Assembly (NCBI RefSeq): GCF_963921235.1
Contig: NC_086097.1
Coordinates: 222,334,001 to 222,398,000 of the forward strand
Reading direction: 5' to 3'
DNA from: Mobula hypostoma
Lineage: Eukaryota
DNA: 64,000 nt
Shown: one piece after another, positions 10,433-23,949 of the stretch
Layout of the letters: each line of letters begins with the position of its first letter
Position numbering within the stretch: position 1 is the first letter of the stretch
The notes under the pieces: generated by a model
What the model saw: only the letters and a program-made list of their open reading frames with translations
What the model was told of the DNA's origin: nothing
The model's database searches: none
Program-made: the position numbers and the translations under genes

Positions 10433-13310
10433 CAAATTTCTTAAATGCATCTATTTTAATGCTAGGAGCATTGTAAGAAAGGTGGATGAGCTTAGAGCAT
10501 GGATTGACACGAAAATATGATGTTGTAGCTATTAGTGAAACATGGTTGCAGGAGGGGTGTGATTGGCAACTAAATATTCCTGGATTTCGTTGCTTCAGGT
10601 GTGATAGAATCAGAGGGACAAGAGGGGGAGGTGTTGCATTGCTTGTCAGAGAAAATATTACAGCGATGCTCTGGCAAGATAGATTAGAGGGCTCGTCTAG
10701 GGAGGCTACTTGGGTGGAATTGAGGATTGGGAAAGGTGTAGTAACACTTATAGGGGTGTATTATAGACCACCTAATGGGGAGCGAGAATTGGAGGAGTAA
10801 ATTTGTAAGGAGATAGCAGATATTTGTAGTAAGCACAAGGTTGTGATTGTGGGAGATTTTAATTTTCCACACATAGACTGGGAAGCCCAGACTGTAAAAG
10901 GGCTGGATGGTTTGGAGTTTGTAAAATGTGTGCAGGATAGTTTTTTGTAGCAATACATAGAGGTACCAACTAGAGAAGGCGCAGTGTTGGATCTCCTGTT
11001 AGGGAATGAGATAGGTCAGGTGACGGAGGTATGTGTTGGGGAGCACTTCGGGTCCAGTGATCACAATGCCATTAGTTTCAATATAATTATGGAGAAGGAT
11101 AGGTCTGGACCCAGGGTTGAAATTTTGATTGGAGAAAGGCTAACTTTGAGGAGATGCGAAAGGGTTTAGAAGGAGTGGATTGGGACAGTTTGTTTTATGG
11201 GAAGGGTGTAATAGAGAAATGGAGGTCATTTAAAGGTGAAATTTAGAGGGTACAGATTGTTTATGTTCCTGTTAGGTTGAAAGGAAAGGTTAAAAGTTTG
11301 AGACAGCCGTGGTTTTCAAGGGATATTGGAAACTTGGTTCAGAAAAAGTGAGATATCTACAATAAATATAGACAGCATGGAGTAAATGAGGTGCTCAAGG
11401 AATATAAAGAATGTAAAAAGAATCTTAAGAAAGTAATTAGAAAAGCTAAAAGAAAATATGAGGTTGCTTTGGCAAGTAAGGTGAAAATAAATCCCAAGGG
11501 TTTCTACAGTTATATTAATAGCAAATGGATAGTGAGGGATAAAATTGGTCCCTTAGAGAATCAGAGTGGACAACTATGTGTGGAGCCAAAAGAGATGGGG
11601 GAGATTCTGAACAATTTCTTTTCTTCGGTATTCACTAAGGAGAAGGATATTAAATTGTGTAAGGTAAGGGAAACAAGTAGGAAGTTATAGAAACTATGAT
11701 GATTAAAGAAGAGGAAGTACTGGCGCTTTTAAGGAATATAAAAGTGGATAAGTCTCCGGGTCCTGACAGGATATTTCCTAAAACCTTGAGGGAAGTTTGT
11801 ATAGAAATAGCAGGGGCTATGACAGAAATATTTCAAGTGTCATTAGAAACGGGGATGGTGCAGGAGGATTGGCATATTGCTCATGTTGTTCCATTGTTCT
11901 AAGAGTAACCCTAGCAATTATCGGCCTGTAAGTTTGACGTCAGTGGTGGGTAAATTACTGGAAAGTATTCTTAGAGATGGTATATATAATTATCTGGATA
12001 GACAGGGTTTGATTAGGAACAGTCAACATGGATTTGTGTGTAGAAGGTCATGTTTGACAAATCTTATTGAATTTTTTGAAGACGTTATTAGGAAAGTTGA
12101 CGAGGGTAAAGCAGTGGATGTTGTCTATATCGACTTCAGTAAGGCCTTTGACAAGATTCCACACAGAAGGTTAGTTAGGAAGGTTCAATTGTTAGGTATT
12201 AATATTGAAGTAGTAAAATGGATTCAACAGTGGCTGGATGGGAGATGACAGAGAGTAGTGGTGGATAACTGTTTGTCAGGTTGGAGGCCGGTGACTAGTG
12301 GTGTGCCTGAGGGATCTGTACTGGGTCCAGTGTTGTTTGTCATATACATTAATGATCTGGATGATGGGGTGGTAAATTGGATTAGTAAGTATGCAGATGA
12401 TACTAAGAAAGGTGGTGTTGTGGATAATGAAGCAAGTTTTCAAAGCTTGCAGAGAGATTTAGGCCAGTTAGAAGAGTGGGCTGAAAGATGGCAGATGGAA
12501 TTTAATGCTGATAAGTGTGAGGTGCTATATTTTGGTAGGACTAAACAAAATAGGACATACATGGTAAATGGTAGGGCATTGAAGAATGCAGTAGAACAGA
12601 GGGATCTAGGAATAATGTTGCATAGTTCCCTGAAGGTGGAATCTCATGTGGACAGGGTGGTGAAGAAAGCTTTTGGTATTCTGGCCTTTATAAATCAGAG
12701 CATTGAGTATAGGAGTTGGGATGTAATGTTAAAATTGTACAAAGCATTGGTAAGGCCAAATTTGGAGTATTGTGTACAGTTTTGGTCACCGAATTATAGG
12801 AAAGATGTCAACAAAATAGAGAGAGTACAGAGAAGATTTAGTAGAATGTTATCTGGGTTTCAGCACCTGAGTTACAGAGAAAGTTTGAACAAGTTAGGTC
12901 TTTATTCTTTGGAGCATAGAAGGTTGAGGGGGGACTTGATAGAGGTATTCAAAGTTATGAGGGGGATAGATAGAGTTGATGTGGATAGGCTTTTTCCATT
13001 GAGAGTAGGGGAGATTCAAACAATAGGACATGATGAGAGTTAGGGGACAATAGTTTAGGGGTAACACGAGGGGGAACTTCTTTACTCAGAGAGTGGTGGC
13101 TATGTGGAACGAGCTTCCAGTAGAAGCGGTGGAGGCAAGTTCAATATTGTCATTTAAAGAAAAATTGGATAGGTATATGGAAAGGAAAAGAATGGAGGGC
13201 TATGGGCTGAGTGCAGGTCGATGGGACTAGGTGAGAGTAAGCATTTGGCATGGACTAGAATGGCTGAGATGACTTGTTTCTGTGCTGTAATTGTTATATG
13301 GTTATATGGT
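10433..13310 (+). mobile_element. CR1 LINE with essentially complete but disrupted ORF2 (APE endonuclease + RT) and 3' UTR
   Basis: LKCIYFNARS, YDVVAISETWL, GVYYRPPN, GDFN, SDHN, KSPGPD, NYRPVSLTS, DFSKAFDK, GVPEGSVLGP, KYADDTK, LEYCVQFWSP. Several stops and frameshifts. (TTATATGG)n-like tail at ~13293-13310. Confidence 0.93.
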
Positions 13311-13702
13311 AGGCAAGTTTAAGTGAAGTTTTACTGAGTATTAGTGGGACTGCACTTGGGAATTTTGTGTAAGCTTTGGTCTCCTTTGAGAAACAGTGTG
13401 CTTGCCTGGAGACAGTGCAGGGAAGATGAATTCAGGGATGAAGGGGTTGACATAGGAGCAAATGTCAAGTTAAAAGCATTAAAGGAAGTGATTGACAACA
13501 TTTTAACAAACTTTGGAGAATGTCCAAACCAGAAAAAAAGATGCTGGCTTTGCAGATACTCTGTAACTAATGTGATTTATGGTTTTAAACTCAGATTGCC
13601 AAGCTGATCAACTCATTCCATTCAGGCTGTCAAAATTGTGGCAAATAAAATCCATCAAAGATATGGCAGATATAGTTTATATTCAACATCACATATTTAT
13701 AC

Positions 13703-13990
13703 TCATTCAAAGCTTCCTGATGCAAGGGCTACGATGGTGTAAAAAAAGGAAAGGTACGCCGCATCCAGTGTTTCTCCGGTTAGCAGACGATTTCCCTCCA
13801 CGACTCTCTGACATAGTGGGGAACTGTGTACGAGGCACGTTACAGCAGTGGTTTGCCATTGCCTTCTTCTGGGTGAGTTTCCAAAGAGATCACCAGCTCG
13901 TAACCCAGCACGGATGGAAAGCGTGCAGGGGAGCCGGCTGGATTTGAACTCGGGACCTTTCGTCCCAAAGTCTGAAGCTGATGCCACTAC
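13703..13990 (-). mobile_element. tRNA-derived SINE with RTE-like 3' portion
   Basis: The minus strand has a pol III B-box GAGTTCAAATCC after a tRNA-like 5' part, then GAAGGCAATGGCAAACCACTGC, which resembles the 3' ends of RTE-mobilised SINEs. Confidence 0.7.
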
Positions 13991-14039
13991 CTTCCTGATA
14001 TTGGACCTGGATCCTGCCTTGTTGAGTTTTCACCATATT

Positions 14040-14390
14040 TTTCTGCTCCAATCGCATCTTTCCTGCAGTAGAATGACTGAACCTGATCACAATTCCAAAT
14101 GCATGTTGTATAACTTCAATAGAACATTCCAACATCTATAATCAATGCCCTGGCTGATGAAGGCCAGCAAACCTACAACATTGTTCACTACCCTGTCTAC
14201 CTGTGATGCTACTTTCAGGTAACATGTAATTGTACTCCTAGATCCCTGTGTTCAACACTCCTCGAAGCCTGACTCTTCACTCTGATGGTCCTACACAAAT
14301 GCAACATCACACATTTATCCAAGTTAAAGTTCATTTGCTATTCCCTAGTCCTCTTACCCTACTGATCCCTCTATAATTCCTTATAACAGT
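14040..14390 (-). mobile_element. Degraded CR1 RT fragment
   Basis: Antisense of LAFISQGID and LKVASQVDRVV-type coding sequence. Confidence 0.55.
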
Positions 14391-14950
14391 CTGGTAAAGA
14401 GAGAACTGACAGAACATGCTGTCCTCTTCACACTTGCCAATATATATAGAATTTAGAAAATCTGATGAACGTTTCAGAAAATCTAACAAACCCCCCTAAA
14501 GGCTAATATAACATAAAATGACACATAACAGCCACAATTTAAATAAAATGACTAAAACTATTCTTCTAAGGAAAATAACTGTTATTACTTCAAAATGATT
14601 GAATTCTAAAAGAACTGATAAATTGAGTACATCAAAAATGTTAACTATTTTCAGACATCAGTGGCCACTGTAGCTGACCTCTGTACAAAGCTGATAATTA
14701 TGAATTTACTCCACTACCCTCCTGTTTTCTGTAACTCCCCAGATTTAGGTGTTTGGTATATCTGAAAGCACTCTACACTGGCTGCTTGAAATTTGGACTT
14801 GTCAGTGATTTACAAAAAAAAATCTTGCTAATATTTCCACACTTTTTAAAAACCTTCTACATGGTTGAGTTCAACTGAACTATGTAGTTCAATTGAACTC
14901 CAGTTTAAAGTTTCAATAAAAGCAAAATTTCGATCCTTGGCAAGTATATA

Positions 14951-16991
14951 CAGTGCCCATAAAAGGTATTCAACACCCCCCCCCCCCAAGAAGTTTTCAT
15001 GTTTTATTGTTTTACATCATTGAATCTGTCAGGACCCTGAAGCGGGGACCCAATCGCTGACCAAGTACTGTGCGCAAATCCAGAGAGGCAACAAAGTCAG
15101 CATCAAAGTTCAGGCAGAGATCAAAAGTTCCAGAGAAATCCCAAAAACCAGAATCGGGAAACAGGCAGAGTCAATATTCAGACAGGCAGAGTTCAGATAC
15201 AAATGCTGGAAAGGCTCAGGAAAACTCACTGGCACAGTCTGGCAACAAACAGGTGAAAACACAATACACTGAGCAATAAACAGAGAGACAGATGATAGGT
15301 GGAGCACATTGAGACACAAGTGGCAGCAAAACAGGTAATAATGAGAAACGGGTGAAAGGCGGAGTACTCAGTAATACAAGGGCTGGAGTAGAGCAGGAGC
15401 GGGGACAGGAGCACATGGGTCATGAAAATAAACAAGAGCACATGGCAGGACAAAACCACATAATGAAGGATAGGGGATAACACACAGAAAGACAGAGTTC
15501 AACTGGAGGTACTGACAGAATCATAGTGAATTTAAGGATTTAATTTGCCTTTTTTGACACTGATCAACAGAAAAGACTTTTGTGTCCCAGTGAAAACAAA
15601 TTTCTACAAATTGGTCTAAATTTATTACAATTATTGAACACAAAATAATTGATTGAATAATTGCTCACCCCTTTCATGTCAGTATTTAGTAGATGCAACT
15701 TTGGCAGCAATTATAACTTAGAGTTTGTGTAAGTAGGTCTCCATCAACTTTGCATATCAGGACACTGCAATTTTTCCCTATTCTTCTTTACTAAACTGCT
15801 CAAGCTCTGTCAAATTACATGGGGATCTTGAGTTAGCAGCCTTTTTCAAGTCCAGCCACAAATTCTCAATTGGACTGAGATCTAAACTCTGAGTTGGCAA
15901 CTCCAGAACTTAACTTTGTTATTTTTAAGCCATTCCAGTGTAGCTTTGACTTTATCCTTGCGGTCATTGTCTTGCTGGAAAACAAATCTTCTCCTAAGTC
16001 GCAGTTCTCTTGCAGACTGCATCAGGTTTTCCTCCAGGATTTCTCTGTATTTTGCTGCATTCATTTTACCCTCTACCTTCACAAACCTTCCATGTCCTGC
16101 TGCAGTGAAGCATCCCCACAGCATGAAGCAGCCACCATCATGCTTCACGTTAGAGATGTTGTGTTTTTGATGATGTGCGGTGTTTGGCATACGGTAAACA
16201 TAGCGTTTAGTCTGATGGCCAAAATGCTCAATTTTCGTTTCATCAGACTATAGAACCTTCTTCCAGCTGACTTCAGAGTCTCCCACATGCCTTCTGGCAA
16301 ACTCTAGCTGAGATTTAAGGTGAGTTTTTTTTTTCCCAACAGTGGCTTTCTCTTTGCTACTGTCCCATAAAGCTGTGACTGGTGAAGCACCCGAGCAACA
16401 GTTGTTGTATGCACAGTCTCTCCCATCTCAGCCACTGAAGCTTGTAACTCCTCCAGAGCTGTCATAGGTCCTTTGATGACCTCCATCACTAATCCCCTTC
16501 TTGCTTGGTCACTCAGTTTTTGAGGACAGCCTGCTCTAGGCAGATTTTCAGCTGTGCCATATTCTTTCCATTTCTTGATGATTAACTTAACTATACTCCA
16601 AAGGATATTCAGTGACCTGGAAATTTTCTTCTTTCCTCCTCCTGACTTTTGCTTTTCAATAACCTTTTTGCAGAGTTTCTTGGAATGTTCTTTTGTCTTC
16701 ATGGTGTAGTTTTTGTCAGGATACTGACTCACTAGCAGTTGGACCTTCCAGATACAGGAGTATTTTTATTACAATAAATTGAAATACCTTGCAATCAATT
16801 ATTTTGTGTTTTATATTTCTAATTAACTTAGATCGCTTTGTAGCCATCTGTTTTCACTTTGACACAAAAGAGCTTTTCTGTTCATCAGTGTCAGTGTCAA
16901 AAAAACCAAATTAAATCCATTGTGATTCAATGTTGTAAAACAATAATACATGAAAACTTTCAAAAGGAGTGAATACTTTTTATAGGCACTG
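14951..16991 (-). mobile_element. Tc1-family DNA transposon (long IR/DR-type TIRs), disrupted transposase
   Basis: TA|CAGTGCCCATAAAA at the left end and TTTTATAGGCACTG|TA at the right end. ORF pieces MKTKEHSKKLCKKVIEK...IIKKWKEYGT and VKHDGGCFMLWGCF...FVFQQDND. Same family as 54671-56283. Confidence 0.92.
15027..15517 (-). mobile_element. Solo LTR (491 bp) inserted in the Tc1 TIR
   Basis: TGTCAG...CTGACA termini and a perfect 5-bp TSD GAATC (15022-15026, 15518-15522). The Tc1 TIR resumes after it. Strand is tentative. Confidence 0.85.
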
Positions 16992-17243
16992 TATTTGGGT
17001 GTTGCAGTGCCACTTTGGTTCAAAAATGACATGCGATGTGCACCTGCATATTTGTGGGGTAGGTTGTGCGAGATGGAAGACTGATGAATTTATTTGCATG
17101 TGCTTAATTCATTTTGGCAAAAATATGCAGAGAAAGTAGATCATAACATCAGCCTGTTTACAATATTGATTTTTTTTACCCATATTGTGTTCTGGATCTC
17201 ACACTGGATCTAATATCATCTTTTACACTTCACACAACTGAAC

Positions 17244-18204
17244 ATACTCTCAGAGGCCGCTCTATTAATACACCTACTTGTTAATGCAAATATCTAATCA
17301 GCCAATCATGTGGCAGAAACTCAATGCATAAAAGCACAAGACATGATCAAGTAGTTCATTTGTTGGTCAGACCAAACATCAGAATGCAAAGAAATGTGAC
17401 CTCAGTGATTTTGACCATGCAATGATTATTGGTGCCAGATGGAGTTGCTTGAGTATCTCAGAAACTGTGATTCTCCTGGTATTTTCATGCACCACAGTCT
17501 CTAGAGTTTACAGGGAATGGTGTGAAAAACAAAGGAAAAAAATCCAGTGATACACACACAAAATGCTGGAGGAACTCAACAGGTCAGGCAGCATCTATGA
17601 AAATGAATTAACAGTCGATGTTTCAGACCGAGACCCTTCTTCAGGACTGAAAAGGAAGGGGGAGGATACCAGAATAAAAATGTGAGGGAAGGGAAAGAAG
17701 GCTAGCTATAAGGTAATAGGTGAATCCAGGTGGGTGGGAAAGGTAAAAGGCTGGGGAAGAAGGAATCTGATAAGAGAGGAGAGTGGACCATAGGAGAAAG
17801 GGAAGGAGAAGGGGACACAGGGAAGTGATAGGCAGGTGAGAAGAGGTAAAAGGCCAGAGTGGGGAATAGAAGATGAGGAGAGGGGGAGGGACATTTTTTT
17901 TTAACCAGAAGTAGAAATCGATACTCATACCATCAGGTAACATCCAGTGAGCAGCAATTCTGAGGGCGAAAATGCCTTGTTAATGAGAGAGGTCAGAGGA
18001 AAATAGCCAGACTGGTTCAAGCTGACAGGAAGGCGACAATAACTCAAATAATCCCATGTTACAACAGGAGTGTGTGGAGGCACATCTCTGAAGGCACACA
18101 TGTTGAACCTTGAAGTGTATGAGTTTAAGCAGCAGAAAACCATGACATATACTCAGAGGCCACTTTATTAGATACAGAAGGTACCTGAAATGGCTATGGA
18201 GTGA
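17244..18204 (+). mobile_element. Non-autonomous Tc1-like element retaining a degenerate N-terminal transposase region
   Basis: Terminal-type motif actcagaggcc(a/g)ct(t/c)tatta at 17245 and 18151. The body encodes degenerate KCDLSDFDHAMIIGAR...SISET..LLVFSCTTVSRVYREWCEKQ...LVQADRKAT. Interrupted by a PLE at 17551-17938. Confidence 0.7.
17551..17938 (-). mobile_element. PLE pseudo-LTR/3' fragment
   Basis: Same terminus as other PLE copies, with a hammerhead-like motif at 17613-17648 (minus). TSD ATCCAGTGA at 17542-17550 and 17942-17950. Confidence 0.85.
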
Positions 18205-18999
18205 ATTTTCCAGAGCATGAAAGACAACTTAACGAAAATATTTAAATGAATAATCTCTCTTTCAAGTCAGTAGTTGTTGATTTTCTCTTGAATAATATTA
18301 CAATTGTACAAGTGCTTGGTGATTTTCAGAGTTCTGTAAGATTTCAAAAGTCATAACACCAGCATGAGGATGAACATGAGGACCCGGAGAAAGAAGAGTG
18401 ATAAACTAATATGACCTATTCAATCTAAACTCTCATTTGCTGCGAACACTATGTCAAGCTGGGGCAAGGAAAGGCAATTTCTGAACTTATGTCATAAATT
18501 TAGCATTCTTTTTAGGCTAATAAGCTTAAGGTTTTGCAGTATACTCTTTCTCACTCATAAACATGGAGACTCATTTGAAAGCTTGTAGCATCTCAGAAAC
18601 ATTCATAAATAGAATAGCTTTCAGTTATGTACAGGAACATTTACTGTATACCAGAGCAATGCATGATTTATTAATGATTTCAAGGAAATGGCCTTTTGGC
18701 AAGTAGGTCTTTCCATTTACAATCTTTCCAGATATTCATCAAAAGTCCACTTAAGAGTATTTGAAGTTAAATATATGATTAGTTTTATCTTCATCTTTAA
18801 GAGGTGCACTCTGAATTATTGTATAATATAGTGCAAAAAAGGTAAATAAACTTGGAATTATTAAATTAGATTATTTACTTTTCTAAATGATAGCTAAAAT
18901 TCTGAATTTACAATTGGAAAATTGATTACTCATTAACTAAATTAAATCAAAGATTCGAAAAAAGGTTCACTTATTATCAAAGCGGGTATCCATAACAAA

Positions 19000-19480
19000 C
19001 TGCAAGGGACGTAAAAGACCTTAGAAGGGGTCTTGCAAAATTTGATGAGGGACTATATTTACAAGGACAGATCAGAGACTCTGAGGCTGTTTTCTTTTGA
19101 GGAGAGAAGGCTAAGAGAAGTGATGATAGAGGTACATAAAATCATGACTGGTCTGAACAGAGAGATAGTGGGAGCCTGTTCCCTTTCACGAAGAAGTAGA
19201 CACCACCAATATAAAATAAAGAGGAAGAGAATAAAGAATGATATGACGATTTTCTTTTTTTTATGGTTTATGGATAGAACCTGGAATGCTCTGCATGTAC
19301 ATCTCAGGTTCCAATGTCTTCTTGAAGAAGGAATTAGATAAATATATGATGGAGAAAAATGTGCAAGACAGTAAAGATTGGGCCAGAATTACAACTACAA
19401 GATTGGCCTAATTGAGAGGATTAATAAGCATAATGGTCCAAGTGGCCTCCTTTTGTAACGTAGCCATTCTATGATTCAAC
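19000..19480 (+). mobile_element. Old degraded CR1 3' end
   Basis: LRLFSFEERRLREVMIEVHKIMTGLNR corresponds to the LGLYSLERRRLRGDLIEVYKIM C-terminus of CR1 ORF2. Confidence 0.65.
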
Positions 19481-19569
19481 AAGGCTGGGCAGGTGATGCT
19501 TACAGTTGTATTATATAGATCTAACAGCGATCACTTTGGTCCATAGATGTTTATCTATATTGAGTATAC

Positions 19570-20105
19570 TGGCTGGATGTCTGCAGCAATCTGTACTGGA
19601 ACCTCTATTGTTTGTGATATATGTCAATGATTTGGATGAAAATGTAGGTAAGTGGATTAGCAAATTCACTTATGACGCTAAGATTAATGGAGTTGTGGGC
19701 ACTGTAAAGGACTAGCAAAAATACAGCGGGATATAGATCAGTTACAGATATAATCAAAGAAGTGGCAGATGGACTTCTCTGGGCTGCTGGCAGCAGTGGT
19801 GGAGGCGGAAACAATAGGGTCTTTTAAGATACTCCTGGATGGATACATGGAGCTTAGAAAAATAGAGGGCTATGTGTAAGCCTAGGTAGTTCTAAGGTAA
19901 GGACATGTTCAGCACAGCTTTGTGGGCCAAAGGGCATGTATTGTGCTGTAGGTTTTCTATGTTTCTATGGAGTTTAATCCGAGGAAGTGTTACCCTCTGG
20001 GGAGTCAAATGAAAGGCCCATTAATAGCATTGAAGTACAAAATGATTTTGTGGCCCAACTTTATTGAAAGTGGGTCAGCAAGTAGATAAGGTAGTAAAGA
20101 AGGAG
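19570..20105 (+). mobile_element. Degraded CR1 RT fragment containing a nested younger CR1 3' end (~19774-19967)
   Basis: LLFVIYVNDLDENVGKWISKFTYDAK. The nested piece ends in a TTCTATGT tail and is flanked by ATGGA repeats. Confidence 0.65.
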
Positions 20106-20440
20106 TAGTTAACTGCAAATGGAATCCATCCATACCCTCAACCTCTGCTCACAATTAAGGATCCTCAACTACTTAATGGTTTGGTGGTCATTGACTGGCA
20201 AGAGAGTTAGCAATGCAAAATTTCCAGTATTTGAATTTGGGTAACATTGCAGTTCAGAAGAGAATAGGCTGAATGTGCATCTAAAGTTTAGCATAACTTG
20301 ATTTTTCTCAGAAATGGGACCAGGGTGACTGTTTCTTTGGGTTTTAGCTCAATAACAAGACTGTTCATATAGTAGAATTGCATGGTAAAATGAAGGAAAA
20401 GGAAGTGGAGAGGAAGGACTCAGTAGGTTATACTACCCAC

Positions 20441-21535
20441 TAATAATAATAATAATAATAATAATTTTATTTATATAGCAATTTTCACACATTAAAATGC
20501 AGACTCAAAGTACTTTATAAAGATTATAAAGATAAATAAATATAGTCATCAAAATATGAGACAAAATGAAAAATCATATAAAGACATTATATAGAATAAA
20601 ATGTAATCAAATATGCCAAATTACAAACGTTTGTATATAAATGTAATAAACATCAACAGACATTAAGTGATCCTATAAGTAGGCCAAATTTAAAAAGATT
20701 TTTAGAAGTGATTTGAAACATTCCGCAGTACTAAGCTGGAATATCTCAATTCGTAGAGAATTCCAGATTTTTGGTGCATAATAGCAAAAGGCTACATCAC
20801 CAGTTCTTATATGCTTGGCTCTAAGATCACTAAGCAAATGAGTATTTGCAGATCTAAGATTATGATTAGGGATGTAAGGGGATAGAGACTCCAAAATATA
20901 CAGAGGAACTAGATTATTCCAAGCCTTATATACAATTAAGAGTATTTTAAAATTGATCCTAAGGACACAGGCAGCTGGTGTAGTGATGCCAAAACCGGTG
21001 AAGTGTGCTCAGATTTTATTTTTTTGTTTAAGATTCTTCCTGCTTCATTTTGAACAAGCTGCAGCCAATTTAGATCTTTCTTAGGCAACCCTGCAAAGAG
21101 TGCATTACAGCAGTCTAATCAGCTAAAACAAAAACGTATATCAATTTTTCTGCATCGAGATGTTATAAGAAATCAAACTCATACAATGCTCCTTAAATGC
21201 ACTAATTCTGTCTTAATGATTAATATGTGATTTGAAATTTAGCCCAGAGTGAATAATAATGCCTAAATTCTTTACTTTTACCTTGATTTGTAAGGCCAAA
21301 GTTATTTCTATGATTCACTCTTTTTTTATTGCTACCAATAACTAAACTTTCTGTATTTTTCCTTCCTTAGTTTGAGGAAATTCGAATTCATCCATTCTGT
21401 CTTGCTAGTAAGACACCAGACCAAAGGTTTTAGAGCTTCAGGGTCACCTGGCATAAGGGACAAAACTAGTTGTGTATCATCTGCATAGTTGTGGTAATTC
21501 ACCTTGTGCTTTGAAGTAGTCTGACCTAATGGGAC
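20441..21535 (-). mobile_element. L2-clade LINE, 5'-truncated and degraded
   Basis: The minus strand encodes YHNYADDTQL (~21468-21497) and LRSANTHLL...GDVAFCYYAPKIWNSL. Fish-L2-type 3' end with a (TTA)n tail at 20441-20464. Confidence 0.8.
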
Positions 21536-22186
21536 TAAGGATTTTTAGGGAGCATTATACTACACCCTCTTCTGTGAAGGTTGATGTGTAAGGAAACAGC
21601 TTCCTGACACAGCTGCTTAAAGACATCTGTTCAAACCATCTTTATGTCATACTCTTCTTGTGATTGTGCATTTGTGCTAATTATCAGTATATGTCCTTGA
21701 CAGTACCCAATTCCAACTCTACTTCAGGTCATCTGCTGCCAAATTCAACATCTATGACTTGGTTTCCTCTACTTTTAACTATTTTAAAACACCGTGGCCA
21801 ATCTGCTTCATTCTATCTTCCACTGGAAGCATTAAAACACATATCCTAGTTTGCATTAATCTCCCTTCAGCCCTCACTCATTTGTTTGTAGACCTGCATT
21901 GGGCTTTGTTAACCTGTGCTTCAGTTTTAAAATTCCCAAGTGTGTTCACTTTCCTACATAGTAACCTTCACCAAAAGAAGTCACATTAATGAATTCAGAA
22001 TATGTAAGTGTTGCTGATATCCTATTTCAGACAAGATAGATAAATTCTGTGTTGAAATTCTAGCTTGTTCTCCTCTGCTAATACCCTCCAATACTTGTTT
22101 ACCTAATCGTTAAAGAAATGGGTAAAATGTTACAGGGCTTTTTCCGGACAACATTAATAAATATACAACAAATAAAGTATCTTAAA

Positions 22187-22777
22187 GCAGGATCTCCCAG
22201 TGGCCACACATTTTAATTCCACGTCCCATTCCCATTCTGATATATCCATCCACGGCCTCCTCTACTGTCAAGACGAAGCCACACTCAGGTTAGAGGAACA
22301 ACACCTTATATTTTGTCTGGGTAGCCTCCAACCTGATGGCATGAACATTGACTTCTCTAACTTCTGTAAATGCCCCTCCTCCCCTTCTTACCCCATTCCT
22401 TATTATTTATTTATTTATTTATTATTTATTTCTTTTTCCCCCTTCCTTTCGCTCTCTTTTTTCTCCCTCTGTCCCTCCTACTATACCTTCCTCTGATGCT
22501 CTCCTTCCCCTTTCTTTCTCCCTAGGCCTCCCGTCCCATGATCCTCTCTCTTCTCCAGCCTTGTATCCCTTTTGCCAATCAACTTTCCAGCTCTTATCTC
22601 CATCCCTCCCCCTCCTATCTTCTCCTATCATTTCGGATCTCCCCCTCCCCCTCCCACTTTCAAATCTCTTACTATCTCTTCTTTCAGTTAGTCAAAGGAT
22701 CTCGACCTGAAACGTCAACTATACCTCTTCCTATAGATGCTGCCTGGCCTGCTGCATTCCACCAGCATTTTGTGTGT
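22187..22777 (+). mobile_element. PLE 3' fragment (GIY-YIG C-terminus + pseudo-LTR)
   Basis: ATHFNSTSHSHSDISIHGLL...EEQHLIFCLGSLQPDGMN, near-identical to 3810-4390. Flanking repeat GTATCTTAAA (22177-22186) / GTATTTTAAA (22778-22787). Confidence 0.88.
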
Positions 22778-23949
22778 GTATTTTAAATGTTGGGTCAGTT
22801 CTGACTATATAACAATAGTTTAAAACCTTTTTTGCATATTGGATTTTTTTTTATAAATGGTGAAGCTATTGAGGTAAGGTTTTAAGTATGCTTGGAAATT
22901 GTGTTACATTTATGTGTTTTGTGATATCCTCCCTGGCTGTACTATTTCATAATTCAGTTATATTGTTATATTACGATGACTTGGTAAATTTATGTTGTTA
23001 TATAACTGACTTACAAAAGTACTAGTATTATTCATTCTGAATTGATGACATTTCCAAGCTTTACTGGATCATTAAATGGAGAATTGAAATATCAAAAGGA
23101 AATTTGTTCCACAGAAATAGAGCTTCATCTCCTTCAGATACACATCAGCCTGTTGGCATTGCTCATCTCCCATTCCAAAGCCTAAATGCTTTGTAAACAA
23201 ATAAATCTCCTGTGCATTATATAGAATAATATTATGAATCACTCATTTTCTGGCTAAACTGCTCTCATCTCTGTAACATAACATTGCAATTGAAATAAAA
23301 CATCATATAAATAATGTTTGAAATATAAAAATCAATCAGGGCTAAACTGGCCTTTGTAGCACAATGCTTTTCAGGTTCCTTATTCCAACCTTATTTTTTA
23401 TTTCTAAGAACATATTTGTTATTATACCTGATATAAATGGGCAAATTGGATAACATGGTCATGTGATAACAGTTCACAGACTAGATGAGTTAAATCCCCC
23501 ATCAGTGCTAATTGGACACACGATCAAATTTTACCAAGACAATTTGGTTTCTTCTTATGTCTATCAACCAAACTTGTAGATCTTTCCATTGAAGGACACA
23601 ACTTAAAGCTTGTAAGTTACCCTCAACCGGTATCTGAGCTATGCATGGTCCATATTGAAAAGCAGAAAAATCGTAAGTAATTCCGTGATCTGCCCTTTGC
23701 CATAAACCACACTTCTGGGATCTTGCAGTACAACACCTCTTCACCTTGTTAGCTTTGGGCTGGATAATTTTGGTACAGAGTCAATTTATGGCTTCCCTAT
23801 GATCCATTTCTCCTCTGCCTCCACAAGAAACCACTTAGGCTCCCTAAAGCCTATGCTGTACCCACAGTCATAGTTTGCAAGTCCTTAAGGATGGTAGCAG
23901 CAACAGTGCTGGATATCATTATTGACATTTGCATTAGTTTGCAGTGGTG

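Noticed and set aside
13930..13990. tRNA-like sequences (also 34555-34630, 51420-51490)
   Set aside because: They are SINE heads followed by SINE bodies and tails, and no complete cloverleaf is evident. Not called as tRNA genes.
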